From Paragordius varius (taxonomy: Eukaryota; Animalia; Nematomorpha), in assembly GCA_964247055.1 (NCBI GenBank), contig OZ176051.1:8308001-8372000 (forward strand): a stretch of 64,000 bases of DNA, in the 5' to 3' direction. Within the stretch, counting starts at the first letter, position 1, and each line of letters opens with the position of its first letter. Below the pieces are notes generated by a model. The model worked only from the letters and a program-made list of their open reading frames with translations. It did not search any database and was not told where the DNA came from. Shown here piece by piece: positions 13,101-29,100 of this stretch. The position numbers and the translations under genes were made by a program.

Positions 13101-16100
13101 TTTGGTGACTTACTTTTTGTTGGCCGCTAAAATAATTTATCTATTTGATTCTATACATAAATGTTATAAACAACTTTCTAAAATTTTATTATGTCATGTA
13201 TTATATCTTAAGTTTAGTTTAATTAGGTTTATATGTGGAATCGATTTTTTATCAATCAATTAGTAAACTTATTGAATTAGAGCATTTTTAAAATATTGCT
13301 ATATAATACTATTTTCCTCGTGCGGTTTATTTTATCATTACTTCAAAGAACTAATTCTGGTTGATTGATATGCTTACATAAAACAACTTTATTGAATTTA
13401 GTTATTTACAAATATCATCCCATTTAAATCATCGCCGTTGAAAGTTAATATTAGTAGTAGGTTGGCAAAAACATATATACCATTTACACGTCAAATTCAC
13501 CCTAAAATAAATGGTGTGTTTTTAAAGATGAAAAATTATCTATATTTTTTTTAAAAAAAAAGAAATTTTGTTTAAAAATTAAAATAATACTTAAAAATTA
13601 AATAAACTAAGCCATAAAGATATATTTCATATTAATAATGATGAGTTATATTAGCTCGAAAACACATAATTTATTTTGAAGGTGGATTTGAATTTTTCAA
13701 GGGTGAATTTAAATAATTCAAGGGTAAATTTGAATTATAGGTCATATTTCTAGGGATCAAAAGAAAAAAGCATAATTTTAACCAAACCAACAGATAATAA
13801 ATTATATACTCACATAAATAAATGTCATAAAATCTTTTTCATTAACTTACTACTGTGCATATTCATCATATTCCTCAATAAAAATAAATTTTCTTTTTCT
13901 CAAAAGAAAGAAAGGAGAACATAAATATTATTTCTTCATGAAAGTTTCCTGGAACTTTTTTCTCATATATATATATATATATATATATATTCTCTTTAAC
14001 TTTCACCTATTTGTGATGATACCTTTTATTTTCAAAACAACATTCTTAAGAATGATATAATTAATAGAACTATAGTTGATGTATTTAGTTAAAACCTTTT
14101 CAAGCAGTTTGTTGACATTAAATATATATGTATTTAAATGGAAGTTATAAATAAAAATACTCACTTTCTTAACTAAGTACTTGCTTATTTTTCCAAATTA
14201 CAAGTGAAATTATGAAGATTTTTTCATGCATTTTTTTTCATAAAATGGGAGATTTTTATATTTTTTTGTTTAATTTAGTAAGGAAATAAATTAATTAGGT
14301 TGTTTGGATTTTCCTTGCAAAAAATCAAAAAAAATTAATCTTACATTGTCTTTGAAGTTTATCTTTTTTTTCTATTGTTTTTGAGCGATTTGAAAAAATA
14401 TCATTGTTTTTTGTAAAAATTCATTGTTTCAAATATAGTTTTATTAATTTTGAAATCCCCATTTATATTACCAGCTACGAAACTAAAATAACGGATTAAT
14501 TATGATGGCAAATTTTTCAAACAATGAATAAAAATTAATATGGATTTTACTTTTAATTTTTCTAAAAATAAATCTTTACGAAAAATATGTAACTCTGCAT
14601 TATAATCGATAAAATACACGGGTAATAATGATACATTGCTTAAAATATAGATTTAAACTCAAAAATGTTTATTCTATCAATTTGCATAATTAATCAATTT
14701 CAAACCAATTTTTGTCATTTTTATACAATTATAATGCATATGCTATTGTTATTGTCAGTTTTTATATACTATACGGTAAAAATTGAAACTATACGGACAA
14801 AATGAAAATTTAAGACAAATTTTTTTTCACAACCATATCTATATATATCCTATAAAAATCAATCAATTATTGTAAACATAATGGATTTTGTTAACAATAT
14901 ACATCACTATTTTATACTTTGCAGTTTAAAACAATGAGTTATATTTAAAATAATATTAAAAGGTATGGTTGTATTTTAGAAAAAGGACTTGTCTAAATTT
15001 TCAATTTTTACTGTACAAGTATTCGGAAGGGTGATTTTTTAACCAAATCGATTAGAAAATCAACCCTAGTTACCAGATTATAAATTTAGATACAGATATA
15101 TATTTTAAATATTCTGTTAGTTAGTTAAGGCCATACTTTATCAAATTTTAGTTTAGCGTTTAATATTTAATATTTGCTATTTAATTTAAACTCTCCATTA
15201 TCTTTTGGGCTAGTTTCATATCCTAAACTATTTTTTATTAAATATCTTACATAGTATTTAGGTATTGAGCCGATGCTTTCTTTAGCCTTTTAGACACATC
15301 ATACAATTTTTTTCGAATAATATAAAATGGTGAAAAAATCTTCATCTCAAACTTTCTTGCCGCCCTTTTTTTCTATAAATTTAATAAATGGCTAATGCAA
15401 CAGGCAAATAACTGTATAATATGGTTTGAAATGTAAATAAATAACTTTAAAAAGCTTTCAGGCTATATTTTACCCGCAAAAATTGATATATTTTAATTTT
15501 ATATCAGCTGTTTGTTTTCGTGTTTTAGAGTGTCCCAATTTTAAAGCAAAAACTGTAAAAAATAAAAGCTTTTTTTATCAAGTACATGAGAACATGTTTT
15601 ATAATTAAATTTTACTGAAATAGTTTTCAGAACTTTATATAAAAAAGCTCTGGGATATGAAACTACCCCATATGTAAATAGGACAACAAAGTGAAAAGCT
15701 AATGACATATCACGAATCAATATTAATTTTTGCATGACCGTTTATTAAATTAAATTTGTCCATTTATTGTGCCATATATTTTTAGGGCCCAATGAGTTTT
15801 TTTTATTAGTGGTATAGATTTTCTCTTTTAAATATATAAATTATAAAAAAATATATAGCAATATTTAAAAAATTTTCACCTACTTTTATGAAATAAATAT
15901 TTTAAAATTAATGTAGGAAAGAATGGTCGCCAAAGACCCACCAAACCATTACCTAGAAAAATTAATTATTTTAATGGATCCCAAATACATCAAATCTAAT
16001 AAAGTACATATTAATTTTTTTACATAAATTTGATAATTTTTCCTAATCTAATGTTTTTGTGGATATTATTTTATAGAAAAAGAAACATAATAATTCTGGC

Positions 16101-19100
16101 ATCGTTTCAACTCAGATCTTGCGGGATTTGGAAATTTCCCTGAGAACCAATAATATTGAGTAATAAATTGGTCATAATATAATTCATGATTAGTTTAAAA
16201 TTATATTTTATTCATTATTCTTATATTCAACCGTTTTAGATGGGTCCAAGAATTTTTAGCCGTACAAAACAATGGTTTAAATATCTTGATTCAATATCTG
16301 GGCCTAGCTAATTTTGAACTTCAACGGTAAAAAATGTGTTTTTCTCCTCAATTTTTTGGCATATATAAATTTAAACCCAATTATATTTATTTAATATTGT
16401 TTTCCCACAGAATGATATCTTTGCATCAATCCCAATCCAACGATTTTGGACAAGGCTACCCCTTTAATAGTAAGTTAAACGATATTGTTTTGATTTTATG
16501 GGGTTACAGTTAAATAAATATTAATTTTAGATGATTTTCGAAAAAATCGGGTTTCTCATGTATAATATAGTTGGTTTTTTAAAATTCTTATTATATGGTT
16601 ACAAAATACCATAATTTTATTTTGTGTAGCCTTAAATTTTTATCTGAAAAAGTTAAAATAATCATAAATAAGATTTAAAACATCACGTTAATTTTTCAAT
16701 TAACATTATTTAAAATTGTTTTTTTATAATACCGTCATAAAAATATGTAATATGATGCAGCAGACGAAACGTTAAAATTAAAAAACAACCATATTTTATA
16801 AAAAAAGACAACCATTTAATTAGAATCATTATCTAAAAATATATAAATTAAATGGAATAAATCAAGGATTTAAAAAGTATGGCTGCTGCTGCCTTTGTTA
16901 AATTACAGTAAACTGAAAATATACGGACAAAAAAATATAAAGACAAATTTTTTTAAACTAAAAAACAACCATACTTTATAAATTTTGATTTTTTTTTCAA
17001 TATAACTTATTGTTTAAAATGGCAAAGTATGGAATAAAAATGTATATTGGTGACATAATCAATTCTTATTAATTGTTACTAATTAGCTTATATAACGAAA
17101 TTAAGGTTTTAAAAACCATGGTTATCTTTTATATAATATATGTCTTTATATTTTAACGTTTTGTCCGTATAATTTCAATTTTTACTGTAAATAATTGTCT
17201 GTTTGTGTTTTCACACTCACGTTGTGTCCTTAAAAATATTGTTGCTATTATATAGACTCAACGGCATTTTATCCCACTTGTAATGGTGGAAATTTTTCTA
17301 GCAACATTGGAAATTTGAGCGGATCTAAACGAAGTTTACGCAGAAAATCTCAATCGCAGGTGGCTATATATTTTGACTTTGCTGTATATTATATTTCTAA
17401 AAATTAATTGTATCCATTTTTACGTTTGACGATGAGTAGAAGTAATCAATTCTTGGTTCGAATAAATTGGATTATCATATAAAAATATTGAATAATAGTT
17501 ATATTTTATATTATATTAAAATTTTTTATACGTTTTTTTTATATTTTTCATTTATTTTTTAACCAATTATAGTATAACGGAGGAGATAATATTTCAACAT
17601 CCTACAATGATTACAATGACAATTTATCCGGGAATAATCAAGAAAATGCGACATATCAACATATTGTGAACCCTTCACCCACTGATACCCTGAGCTCTGA
17701 TCAATCATTGTCGCAAAATGGTACATTTTTTTTATTTTTATGAGGACTTCCAAAAAAAATTAATTTTTTTTATTTAAAAACTTTATATTATTCAAAGAAT
17801 TTGTTGACTACTTTATAACAAAAAAATAGGAATATTTTATTTTGATGTGGACCTAATGGTAATGTCAATTAGATATTTTATTTTGGATATAGCCAAAATA
17901 TATTATTTAGTTCCCAAAACTAAATATTTTTTAGATTTAGATTTTTATAATTTATATATATCCATGCATATAGATATATCGAATAAACGTCGGCATAGAC
18001 ACCACTCTCATAACGGGTAAATTCTATGTAATAAACCAAATTTTTAAAAAAATTTAAGCCTATATGTGTTTTACTCAACGGAAATAATTTTTTTAATATA
18101 AAACTTTTAATAAATATACAATTTATCATGTTAAAATCGCCCAACTTAAAGCTTTCTCAGTGTGTGTTATTTAAAAAATATTTTAAATGATTTTTCCCAG
18201 AAAAATCGGATAAAATTAGTACTTTTGCTAAAATCAAATTTTGGCATTCAATAAAAAATGTAAAATATTAATGGAAAAAGCAAAAAAAATTTTGTCATTC
18301 AACTCTTTTATTACTCTTTAAACATTAAACTTTTTTTTAATTATGATAGTCGTGTTGTTAATGGAAACAGTAATGTTAGCTCCAAAAATTCTCATCAATC
18401 TTTTTCACCTGGCGGTTATCAACATCCTACGAACCATCATCATAAACACTCAAACGGGACAAATCATCAATTTTCTGGCCTGCTTAAAAATAGCGGATTT
18501 GTTTCAAACATTTTACATCAATTCCCTTACATTTCTAATGCTGGCAACAATTCATCAGTTAATAACGGTTTCTGGCAATCTTTGTTGGGTGGTGGAAACG
18601 TTAATGGGGAAAATACACCCCTAGTATCTTTTGGTCAGGGAGGAGTTAATATCAACAACAATTCCTTATTCGTTTTGAGTGATGATGTATCCCAAGATAT
18701 TCACATTTGTATCATGTGTTTACGCGCCCTAATGAATAATAAGGTTGCTTATATAGATAAACTTTTTAAGCTTCTCTTTAACATTGCTGATAAATTTAAT
18801 TTTTATTATTTATTTAATTGAGGCAACGTATTTAGTACTTTTTCTTTTTTGTAAATAACGGATTATATATTCGTCAAATATTTATCTGATAAGTAATTTT
18901 TTAAGGGTACTGTTTCGCAGTTTCGTGGTTAAAATATTAATTGGTAACAATGCGATATTATTAAAAGTGTTTATAAATATTTTATAAGTTTAAATAGTTA
19001 AATTTAGTAGATAATTTTTTAGGTTGATTTTGCATAAATTTTAAACTATTTATAAAAATTTGACTATAATGCTATAATTTTAAAAGATATTTTTTGATTT

Positions 19101-22100
19101 TCAAAATTCATAATAATTATTACACTTTAATTTAGCCATATAATTGCTATATTTTTTAATTTAATTTTTCAAATATGTTTTGCCTTTAATACCGTAATCT
19201 TTAATAATGTTACCTCCAATATTCTTAGTACGGTTTCAATCAAGTTATAGCTCACAAAGAAGCCATCAATTATATTGCGCTCAGTTTGATGCACAAAAAT
19301 TATAGGTTTGTCAATATATTCCAAAGTTTTATATATAACGTTTTTTCATAATTTATTATTCAAGAATTTTACCTTACACACTATTTTATACAATAGAACT
19401 AAGGCCCAAGTTTTGGAACTTTTAGCTGCCGTATGTTTAGTCAAAGGCGGTCACGATATTATACTCCTAGCCTTTGATTATGTGAAACAGGTTCGTGATT
19501 TTAATTTTTAAAATTTTGATTAACTTTTTTTGTCTTTGTTTATTGTCATTTTCACTTCTCATCTGAATTCTTTCAAACTTTAAGTTGATTGGTCTGATGA
19601 CATTTAGTTTATTTATTAATAGCTTAAATCTTTTGTATGTATTTATCAAATTTGACATATCTAAATTCGTGCTATATAGATATTAATTCAAAATAATTTT
19701 ATCAAAAACATATTTTTAGAATAATGATTTTTTATCACCCTTATGTATTACCTATAATTAATCTATAATCATAAATACCTATAATGGTAAATAATACCTA
19801 ACAATTATTATGGAAAATTTGCGTCAGAAACAGGAATTAATTATTTAATTATTTTTTGTTGAATTCAAAAAACTGTTGATCTTATTTAATTAACATATTA
19901 CATAATATAAATCAATCAATTATATTATCGAACCTAGACTTAAAGGGTTAAATATCAAATTCATAGATAGGGTTATAAGACCCCTTTTTTGTTAAATTCT
20001 TTATAAGGCTGACTGACTGTTTTGTAACTATTCAGACTACAAATTGTACGACAAATATTTTTTAAAATTTTGATATTTTTGCATAAACTATTCAATATTT
20101 GTATAAAATAAATAATTATCTTATTAATTAATTTATATCTATTTTTTAATTTTACAAACCCAGTTAGGTCAAAAAATTTAGGTTTTAAATAGTATGGTTA
20201 CTCGTTTTAAAAAATATTTGTGTCCCTTAGTTTTAAAATTTTGTTTTTACAATTTTATCATAAATATATAATTTTAGGTAACACATGAACCCGAAAGATT
20301 TTACACTCTTATGCAATACTTTAAACTTCAACAAAATCAATCTTCGCGCAATCCGATTGGTGGAATGAGTAGTGCAGAGCACGTGACCTCCTCTTCCGAT
20401 TTCAATTTCACCCACAATGATAGTTTCAACAGTACAACAGATTTATCTTCCACGGAATTCAATGTAGATTTTATGGTTGCTGCCATGCAATTCATTAATA
20501 TCGTTGTTCATTCGGTGGAAAATATGAATTATCGCGTAGCCTTGCAATACGATTTTACCAAGATTGGGTTAGATCAATACCTTGAAGTACATATATATAT
20601 ATATATATAACGATTAAAACATTTATGAAAAGTTTTTTGTTGTAATTAGAGATTTTTAACTCTGTTTTTGTTTTTAATTGTAATCTGTGTTTGAACTAAA
20701 ACCTTTGTTCCTAGGAATGCATTCTACATTTAAATCAATTTTTAATTCTTTCTAGATTTTATACGTTAGATCTTTGTTTTTGGTAATTTTTTTTTCATTT
20801 ATTGATGTAATCCTGCATTTATAATAAAGTATACCATTTACAATTCAAATTCACCTTTAAACAATTCAAATTCATTCTAAAAATAAATTAAGTGTTTTCG
20901 GGCTAATATAACTCATCATTAATATGAAATAAATTTTTGCTACATACTTTATTATTTTATCAGCATTATATTAATTTTAAACAAAATTTTATATTTTAAA
21001 AATATTAAAAATAAAGTTAAATTTTAATCAGAAAAAAACACATTATTTATTTTAGGGTGAATTTTAACTATAAATGGTACATATTAATTTTTAAGTCAGT
21101 TATCCTAGTACAATTAAGCAAGTGTATCTTAATCTGTTTTAATTTCAAACAACCAATAATATCAGAAACTAAAATACACGGAATGTGAACCACTTCAAGT
21201 CCAAATATCGGCCTACCTCGATAACATTTGTGATGTGACACTGCTTATGCAAGAGGCCGAATACAAAAATGTTGCGCTTGAAAGATGTTCCGAACTCCAA
21301 GAACAACTTGATAATGTAAATTTTTTTTATTCAAATATTTCTCTAGAACCATACGAAACTGATTTTAAAGCAAAGATGCCTTTTCATATAATAACCTTTA
21401 ATTTGGTTTTATATTATTAAAAATATTTAGTAAATAAAATTTTGAACAAAAAAGTTAGTATACGTTAAAATGTTCATTAGTTATCGTGGCTATTTATGTA
21501 ATTTTAACAATAAAATTGGGTACTTAAAAATAAATTGCTGAACCCATACCAAAATTAATTTATTGCATGAAATATCTGGATTTAATATCGGTTACTTTTA
21601 AAAAAATTAATAAAAATACGCTGATATTTTAGCTGAATGAAAAACTAGTCGAAACCGAAAATCAAGCTATGGCACGCATTGGTAAAAAAATATTAATTTT
21701 TATGATTTTTCAAAATTTCAAAATGTTTTATAATTAAATATATTTATATTTTGTGATTTATATAGTTGAAATGCAAACTTACGTTGAGGGAGTCATGCGT
21801 GAAAAAGAAGAAATTAAAGTAGAATACTTAATTTTTTTATAGCCCTCCCCCCCTAACCTTTATATTTAGCTTTTTTTCAATGAAAATTCTATGGAGAGGA
21901 GAAATAATTTATATACTGATAATCATAAACTTATTAGTTTTTATATGATCCTCCTTTTTAAGATTCAAATTTTTAGTTGCGGGTTTTAAGCTATTTTCAG
22001 ACAAAATAAAATAAACTTTTTTAGCGACTTCCATGAGATATTGAATTAACTTTATAATAACGGTTTTTAATTTTTTATGTGGATAATGGCTATAAATCAA

Positions 22101-25100
22101 TTGACGTGGTTAACTTACTATGTAATAAGTTAAAAAAAATTTTAAATCTATTTTCGCCCTACAGAAATTATATGAGAAAGCCGATTTCGAAGCATGTACT
22201 TTGAAGAAAACATTCAACGATAAAGAAACCGATTTTGCTCAGCGCAAGAAAGAATTGGACAGAATAATGAATGTAAAGTTGTTTTTTATCTGATTATATG
22301 ATAAATTTATTACCAAAAAAGAAGTTTTTCATACTACCTACCTTTGTGGTTATATTATCATTTTTTTCCAAATTTAATATAAGAATCAAATATTATACGA
22401 TAACATTTAATATAATCAAACCCAATTTAATGTTACATCGGTTTATATCAGGGGTGGGTCGCCTTTTCCTTTTTAACAATCTTTCCTGATTTCGGCAGTG
22501 AACCAGCTAATATTGTTAAAATAATCAATGAGTATTACAGTTTTACCAATATAAAATCCAATAAAATATTTGTTTAAGGCCATATATTTTTCGAATGCGC
22601 CCCGTCAGATTTTTCGATTGATGCGGCCCATTAAGTCATTTGTGTTGGACACCCCCCTGGTTTAAATGCTCAACTTTATTATAAAAACCAATTGTACATA
22701 AGATAGATATTTTACAAAATTAGAAGAGAATCATAATCTGGTATATTGTTAAATCGATCCGGCTGCTTATAATTTAACACATACCAGGCAAATTTACCAA
22801 TAAAATATAGGGTATACATACATTTTTATCAATTTTTAATCATCTATAAAATGTATTGGGATTTCCTAATGGTTATTTTTATAAGTTCTCACGGTCAAGT
22901 TTAAGAGTGCACATTCATAACTGATCATACCTAACTCCTTATGTTGTTTTCTAATCATAATAGGAGTATATGTACCTTAAAGAACAATTTACCACGGTAA
23001 ACAATGATAACAGGCTACAAATAGGTCTAGGAACTTTTATAAATACTTCACCTAAACACAACAGCAATAGTTTACAAATGAATAATAATGAAGGAAATAT
23101 TGGGAATCAGCTGACCTCGCCCACCAAGAAAAATCCGCCCCCTCCACCGCCTTTACCGCCCCTGGCGCTTTCGGCTTTTACGGGAAGCGCTTCTGATGGC
23201 CTAAAGGGAAACGCCACTTCACATAGCTCTAAAACGGTTTTTTGTTTGTTTGTTTAGGATTTATTGAAAAATCTATAATTAATCCATACGGATCATAGTT
23301 TTTTACAAATATATGATTATTAGTACCAAATTGTTTTCATGTTTTTATATATATTGGGTTTGTGTATAAAATAAGTTAAGATCAATAATTGTTGTTTATT
23401 GCAAATGTGTACGTTTTATGGAATGTTTTTTTTAATTTTTTAGGATCCTCTTGTACTAGATTTCGGTGTTTTAAAATTTGTGTGCTTTGTGGAATGTTTT
23501 TTTTAAATGTTTAAATCCTCTTATACTGGATTTCGGTGTTTTAATATTTAGGTTAATTAAACTTTTTTGAGTATAATTTAATTCTTACTTATTTAACATC
23601 TTAAGATACTTTTATTGATTTCGTATAATAAATTTTTTACACCTCAAATTTTCCTTATTCACCCTTGAACGATTCAATTCCTTCCTAAACATTTTATTAT
23701 TTTTTGTTAAATTTTTTATTTAAAATATATAAAAATATAGGTTATTTATGATATTTACAATTTGTTCAATTTGAATTTTAAGGGTGAATATGAAGTGTAA
23801 ATGGTATATTATCCATATTAAACATTTTACACTTTATTTGTGATATAAAGAGCAAACCCTTAAACAAATTAATATAAACATACATTACCTATTGTAACAA
23901 TAAAAGCCTGTACATTTTATTAAAGGATTGAAAACCATTGATTTACCTGACACTTGAAAACTTTTGAGTTTTTGTGTTCTAAGTTTACCACTAGGTATAT
24001 TATTCCATATCGTCTACTTTCTTGATAATGTTGAGGTTCATTTAATGTTTTTATGTCATATTTGATATTGTCGTTCTAGGACAGGAAGTGTTTCAATTGT
24101 CTTTTACTGTTGTTTCCAGAAAGTTGAGTGGATATGATAAATCAATCAATATAACTATATATAGTTATAAAAATTTACATTCCATAATTAGTCAATATTT
24201 ACCTTTCTTATGTGATTTAGTCTTGTTCCGCTCCGAAAGGAACGACGGCCACAAACGTAAATAGCAGTTCAGATCTCGTGCGTAGAATCCATCATCCCCC
24301 CATGGTTCCACATTTGCCGCCCATTGGAAAACCGTATCTTCCCTTGCCCGGTGCCGAAGACACGAATGAAAGTATTTCCTTAAATTTCAGTTTATTACAT
24401 ATTTTTTTTAAATTTACTTTTTTTATTTTAAGGATTTTAATAGAGTTGGCTATTTTGACAAATACATGCTTTTTGTATTTTTGGGTATTATTGATTAAAG
24501 CTTTTTTTTGGGGCATTTATTGGGAATTATCTTACTTTAAATGGTATCGAGGACTCGAATAAGAGTTTTTCTTTTCTAATTTTATTTGGATTTATTTTTA
24601 GGTATTTTGGATAAAGTTTAGCGAATTTTAGATATTTTGGAGAGCGGCTCCTTTGCCCTGCCCCTGGAGCGAGTTTTTGCGGATTCCATGTTAAAGTGCT
24701 TCCCCTTAAATGTTAAATTTTTATTATATATATATTCTGTAAACAGACAAAAATTTATCAAAACTAATGGGTTTAATCTTAAAATAGAAAATTATTTTTT
24801 ATGGATATGCCTAGTATGCCAGAAATGTAGAAAATTTTGACTGCTTATTCGCAACAACATTTTATCTTTTTTGTAATACTATTAGGGCGAAAAATGCGTA
24901 TATACCATTTAATTTAAATTCACCCTAAAAACAAATTATGTGTTTTCGGGCTAATATAATTAATCATTAATTTGAAATATATGTTTTGGCATAGTTTATT
25001 ATTTTTTCTGTATAATTTTAAACAAAATATCATTTTTTTAAAAAATATAAAAAATTTAATAATATTCAAAAACACATAATTTATTTTAGGGTGCATTTGA

Positions 25101-26130
25101 ATTGTTTGAGGTTGAATTTTTATTGTTCAAGGGTTAAATGTTCGAGGATTAATTTAAAGTGTAAATATTATTAGTATTTTTTGTTTTATTTTATATGACG
25201 AGGTATTAAAATTTAAACACCACACACATATGTATATAGATATGAATATCAAAAAACGTATTGAAACAAAGTATCGTTTACCGTTACTTAATTGGGCCCC
25301 GTTAAAACCCAAACAACTCAAAGGCACCATTTTCAATGAAATGGAAGATGAATCATTGCTAAACGTAAAGCCTATTTTTACAATCCTTTTATAGCTCGTT
25401 TATTATAATCATCTGTTAATACTTTTTTTAAAAAACCATTTATAAACTAATTACTTTATGCTTTTCAAAGTTAGTTATAATCTTTCAAAGTTAAGCACAT
25501 CTTGGTATAAACTCTCTTCGTTTTGGCCATAGTGAGCCAAAAATAATTTTAAAAAATAATTTCATTTTCATATTATTTTCCATCTGTGGAAAAAATAATG
25601 ATTAAATATGTTATTTAATAAAGAATTAATTTATGTTTGTTACACATAATCGGGTTCATTATCTTGGGTATATTTTCAGAAAAATTAACCAAAATTTATA
25701 CTAATTATTCCATAATATACTTTTATTTTTTCATTTTATAATTTTTTATATAATTTAGATTATAGATTTTGATGCGTTTGAAGAAATCTTTAAGCTCGGA
25801 CCACAGCGGCTTATATCAACGACGACAGGAACTACGAATTCTAACGCGACAGAAACGATAACCAATAATAATAACAGCACCTCTATACATCTAGTCAATA
25901 ATTTTATCAACAACAATAATTCCAATCCCAATATGAATAATGAATTGATAGAAAACTCAGCAAATAGTCCAGAAAATTCTTTTGCCAATGGTGGTAAAAC
26001 TGGGAATTCAAAAACAGCAGTCAAGGAATTACAGAGTGTACTTGAGCCTACACGAATCAGAAATCTTGGTTATATTTTTTTTGACTTTTTTCATATTATG
26101 CATATTATGTTTAATAGTTTTTATTCGTAA

Positions 26131-26175
<45 letters not shown>

Positions 26176-29100
26176 AAATGTTTAAATAGCTTTTTGATGC
26201 ATATATTATATTTTGGTTACTTTATACATTGGTTTGAAACGTCACAGTTTTTAGTATTTTTCGCTATTGAAAAATTTGGGGTTAATTTCTATTTTTGTCA
26301 TCAAAAAATTATTGATTTTTGGGTTGAATTATTATATATCCGTAAAATTATCTTTTTTCTAATGAAATTAAACATTGGTTCAAAGTGTCTTTATTATTTT
26401 GCCCTTTAAATGGTGGCCTAATTATTAAGTTTGTTATGATTATGTTAAATGAATTTTTTAAACAATTTTGGATTATTTATACCAAAGGTCCTTAACACAA
26501 ATATCTTATCGGCTCCTTTGGTAATAATTTTTGGATTTTTTTCATTTATTATATCGGATAATACATCTTCTAAATAATCATTAATTTATAATTGAAATGA
26601 AATCCAATTTTTATTTTTTTTAACATTTTTTGAGCACTTTTCTGAAGCTTGTTGGACATCACTGATTTATATTTTAACATGCTTATATATCATAAACATA
26701 TTATATTTATATAAATAGTCTATGTGAAATCAATAATATAATACAGAATTGCATATAAAAACTTAAAAAATAATTATTTAAAATAAATAAATATTATTTT
26801 GTACAGCAATCACGAGACGTCGTTTAGATATGGAGGATGTGGAAATAGTTAAAGCCATAAATAATTTAGATCTTAAAACGTTGGATTTAGAAACGGTCGA
26901 TATACTTTTACGCATGTTACCCACAGATATTGAGGTATTTTAAAAAATAATTTTTATTCAGTACAGGGAACTCGCCTTATAAAACATGATTCAAATATGG
27001 TTAAAAAAAATCTTTTTTCAGGGAAAAAAATTTATACTGTTTTTGTTCAAATTTTAATTATATGTAGATTTTTTGAACAGTATATATAATATTTATGATT
27101 AACCTGCAATACTCTATAAAAAATTTGATATATCCATTTTTTTATTTTTTGGCTTATTATGAGGATCTATACCACTTAAAATGTGTGTACACTCAATTTA
27201 AACCATTATAATTTAAAATTAAATTGTTTTAAAATCAGTATTAGTCATTAGCATAAACTTATTAGTTTATATAAAAGTGCTTACGAAAAAGGAGGATGGT
27301 CGGGTTCATTATTGCCGGATATTTTATGAGACATTTAACCTCTTAATTAGTAAAATTTAGTTCTAGGAAAAGATTGATTAAATCTATTGGAATTTAAGAT
27401 TGAAAAGAATTTAGTCAATTTTCTTTAATTATACCAGAATCGTTAAATAATTTATTTAATCCCACTTTTTGTGATATCTTTATATATTTTAAAAAATAGC
27501 GAAAATCATTCAAAACATATGAAAGTGAAGGCAAAACGATTTCAAGATTAACACCCGAGGACCGATTTTTGTATCAGCTGTGTAAAATTGAACGATTACA
27601 TACAAAATTATCGCTTATGAGTTATATGGGGAATTTTGGTGAAAACATCCATCTAATTACACCTGTAATTATTTATTCATATTAAAGTTAAAGTTTCGAA
27701 TTATAAAATGATAATTTAAGGCATGGCGTGATAAGATAATATCCAATTTTTTGATATGGAACCATTAAAACGCTGCAATTTTATTAATAATAGATAATAG
27801 TAAATTACACTTTATATTTCGATACCAACCAATCAAACTAAATTATTGTTATCCAAAAGAATGTTTTCAATGACCTCTATGAAAGCTCTTTGAGATTTCA
27901 CGCCTAACGTTAAATATTGTATCCATTTTTAAAAAAGATAATTAAACATCTTGATTCAGTTAAAACTTATTTATATTTAAACATATATTTTTCTATGTTT
28001 TTTTGAATATATTCATTTTCGCGGTTCCATATAAAACTCAATTTCACATTTTACAGTTGTTATAACACATATAGTAATTAAAAAATAATTAATTATAAAG
28101 ATTTATTTATTTGAAAAAAATATTTTTTAATTTTTATAATGATTATATATAGCAAATACATAGCCTTATAGTAGCAAGTAAGTCTATCCGAGGTTGTGAA
28201 AAACTGGCCAAAATTTTTGAAGTTATTTTGGCGTTTGGGAATTACCTTAATTCCAGTAGGAAGGGTGGAGTTTATGGCTTCAAAATTCAGTCACTCGATA
28301 CGGTAAGAAATACATTACAGAACTCTTTTTATTTTGATATTTTAGATTTTTTTATAGATTTATTATTGGAAACATTATATAACAGTGTTTAAAAAGTCTT
28401 TTTTATTCCTTTGGTTCGGTTTGGCATTTATTTGTTTAATTAGTATTAGAAAAAGTTGATCTGTAGATTACAAATATTTTATGTTATTTAATTCTAATTT
28501 TTGTAAAAATTTTCGCGAACTTATTTATACAATATATAGAGACGAAAATATATTAATATCATTTACGAAGAAATCCGTGCCTACATTTTATCGTTTAAAT
28601 AAGATAGAAAATAATTATTAACTTAATTATTTGATTCTTGTTATAAATACGATTGAGAAACCGTTTTGTAAAACTTTTTATGATTTCTAAGCAGCCATTT
28701 CAGAAAATGTCATACGGTTAAAATTTAGAAACTCATAAATTGCTATAAATTTCATTTTACATATATTTGTTATTATGTCATGTGTTTAGCTTTCGATTCT
28801 TAAAGCACCCTCAAACAAAGATATGAGCCTTTTGCATTATGTGGTACAAACTGTCTCACGCCATTTCCCACATCTGCTAAATTTTGATTCTGATTTACGA
28901 TATGTGGAGAAGGCAGTCGACGGTATATTATAATATTCAAAACTAGTTTTTTTTCTTTTTTTAATGCAATTTTAACTTTAATTATCATTTTTTTTAAAAA
29001 AATATTTCCTAGAAAATTATTGATTTTAATTACATTAAACGTGGAAATATTGGTGATTATGTGTAAAGGAAGTATGGAACAATACTATTGAATGTCGTTG

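Noticed and set aside
17559-26024. Minus-strand ORFs overlapping formin exons (17559-17753, 17920-18144, 20233-20415, 24292-24516, 25154-25336, 25755-26024)
   Set aside because: Shadow frames of real plus-strand exons.
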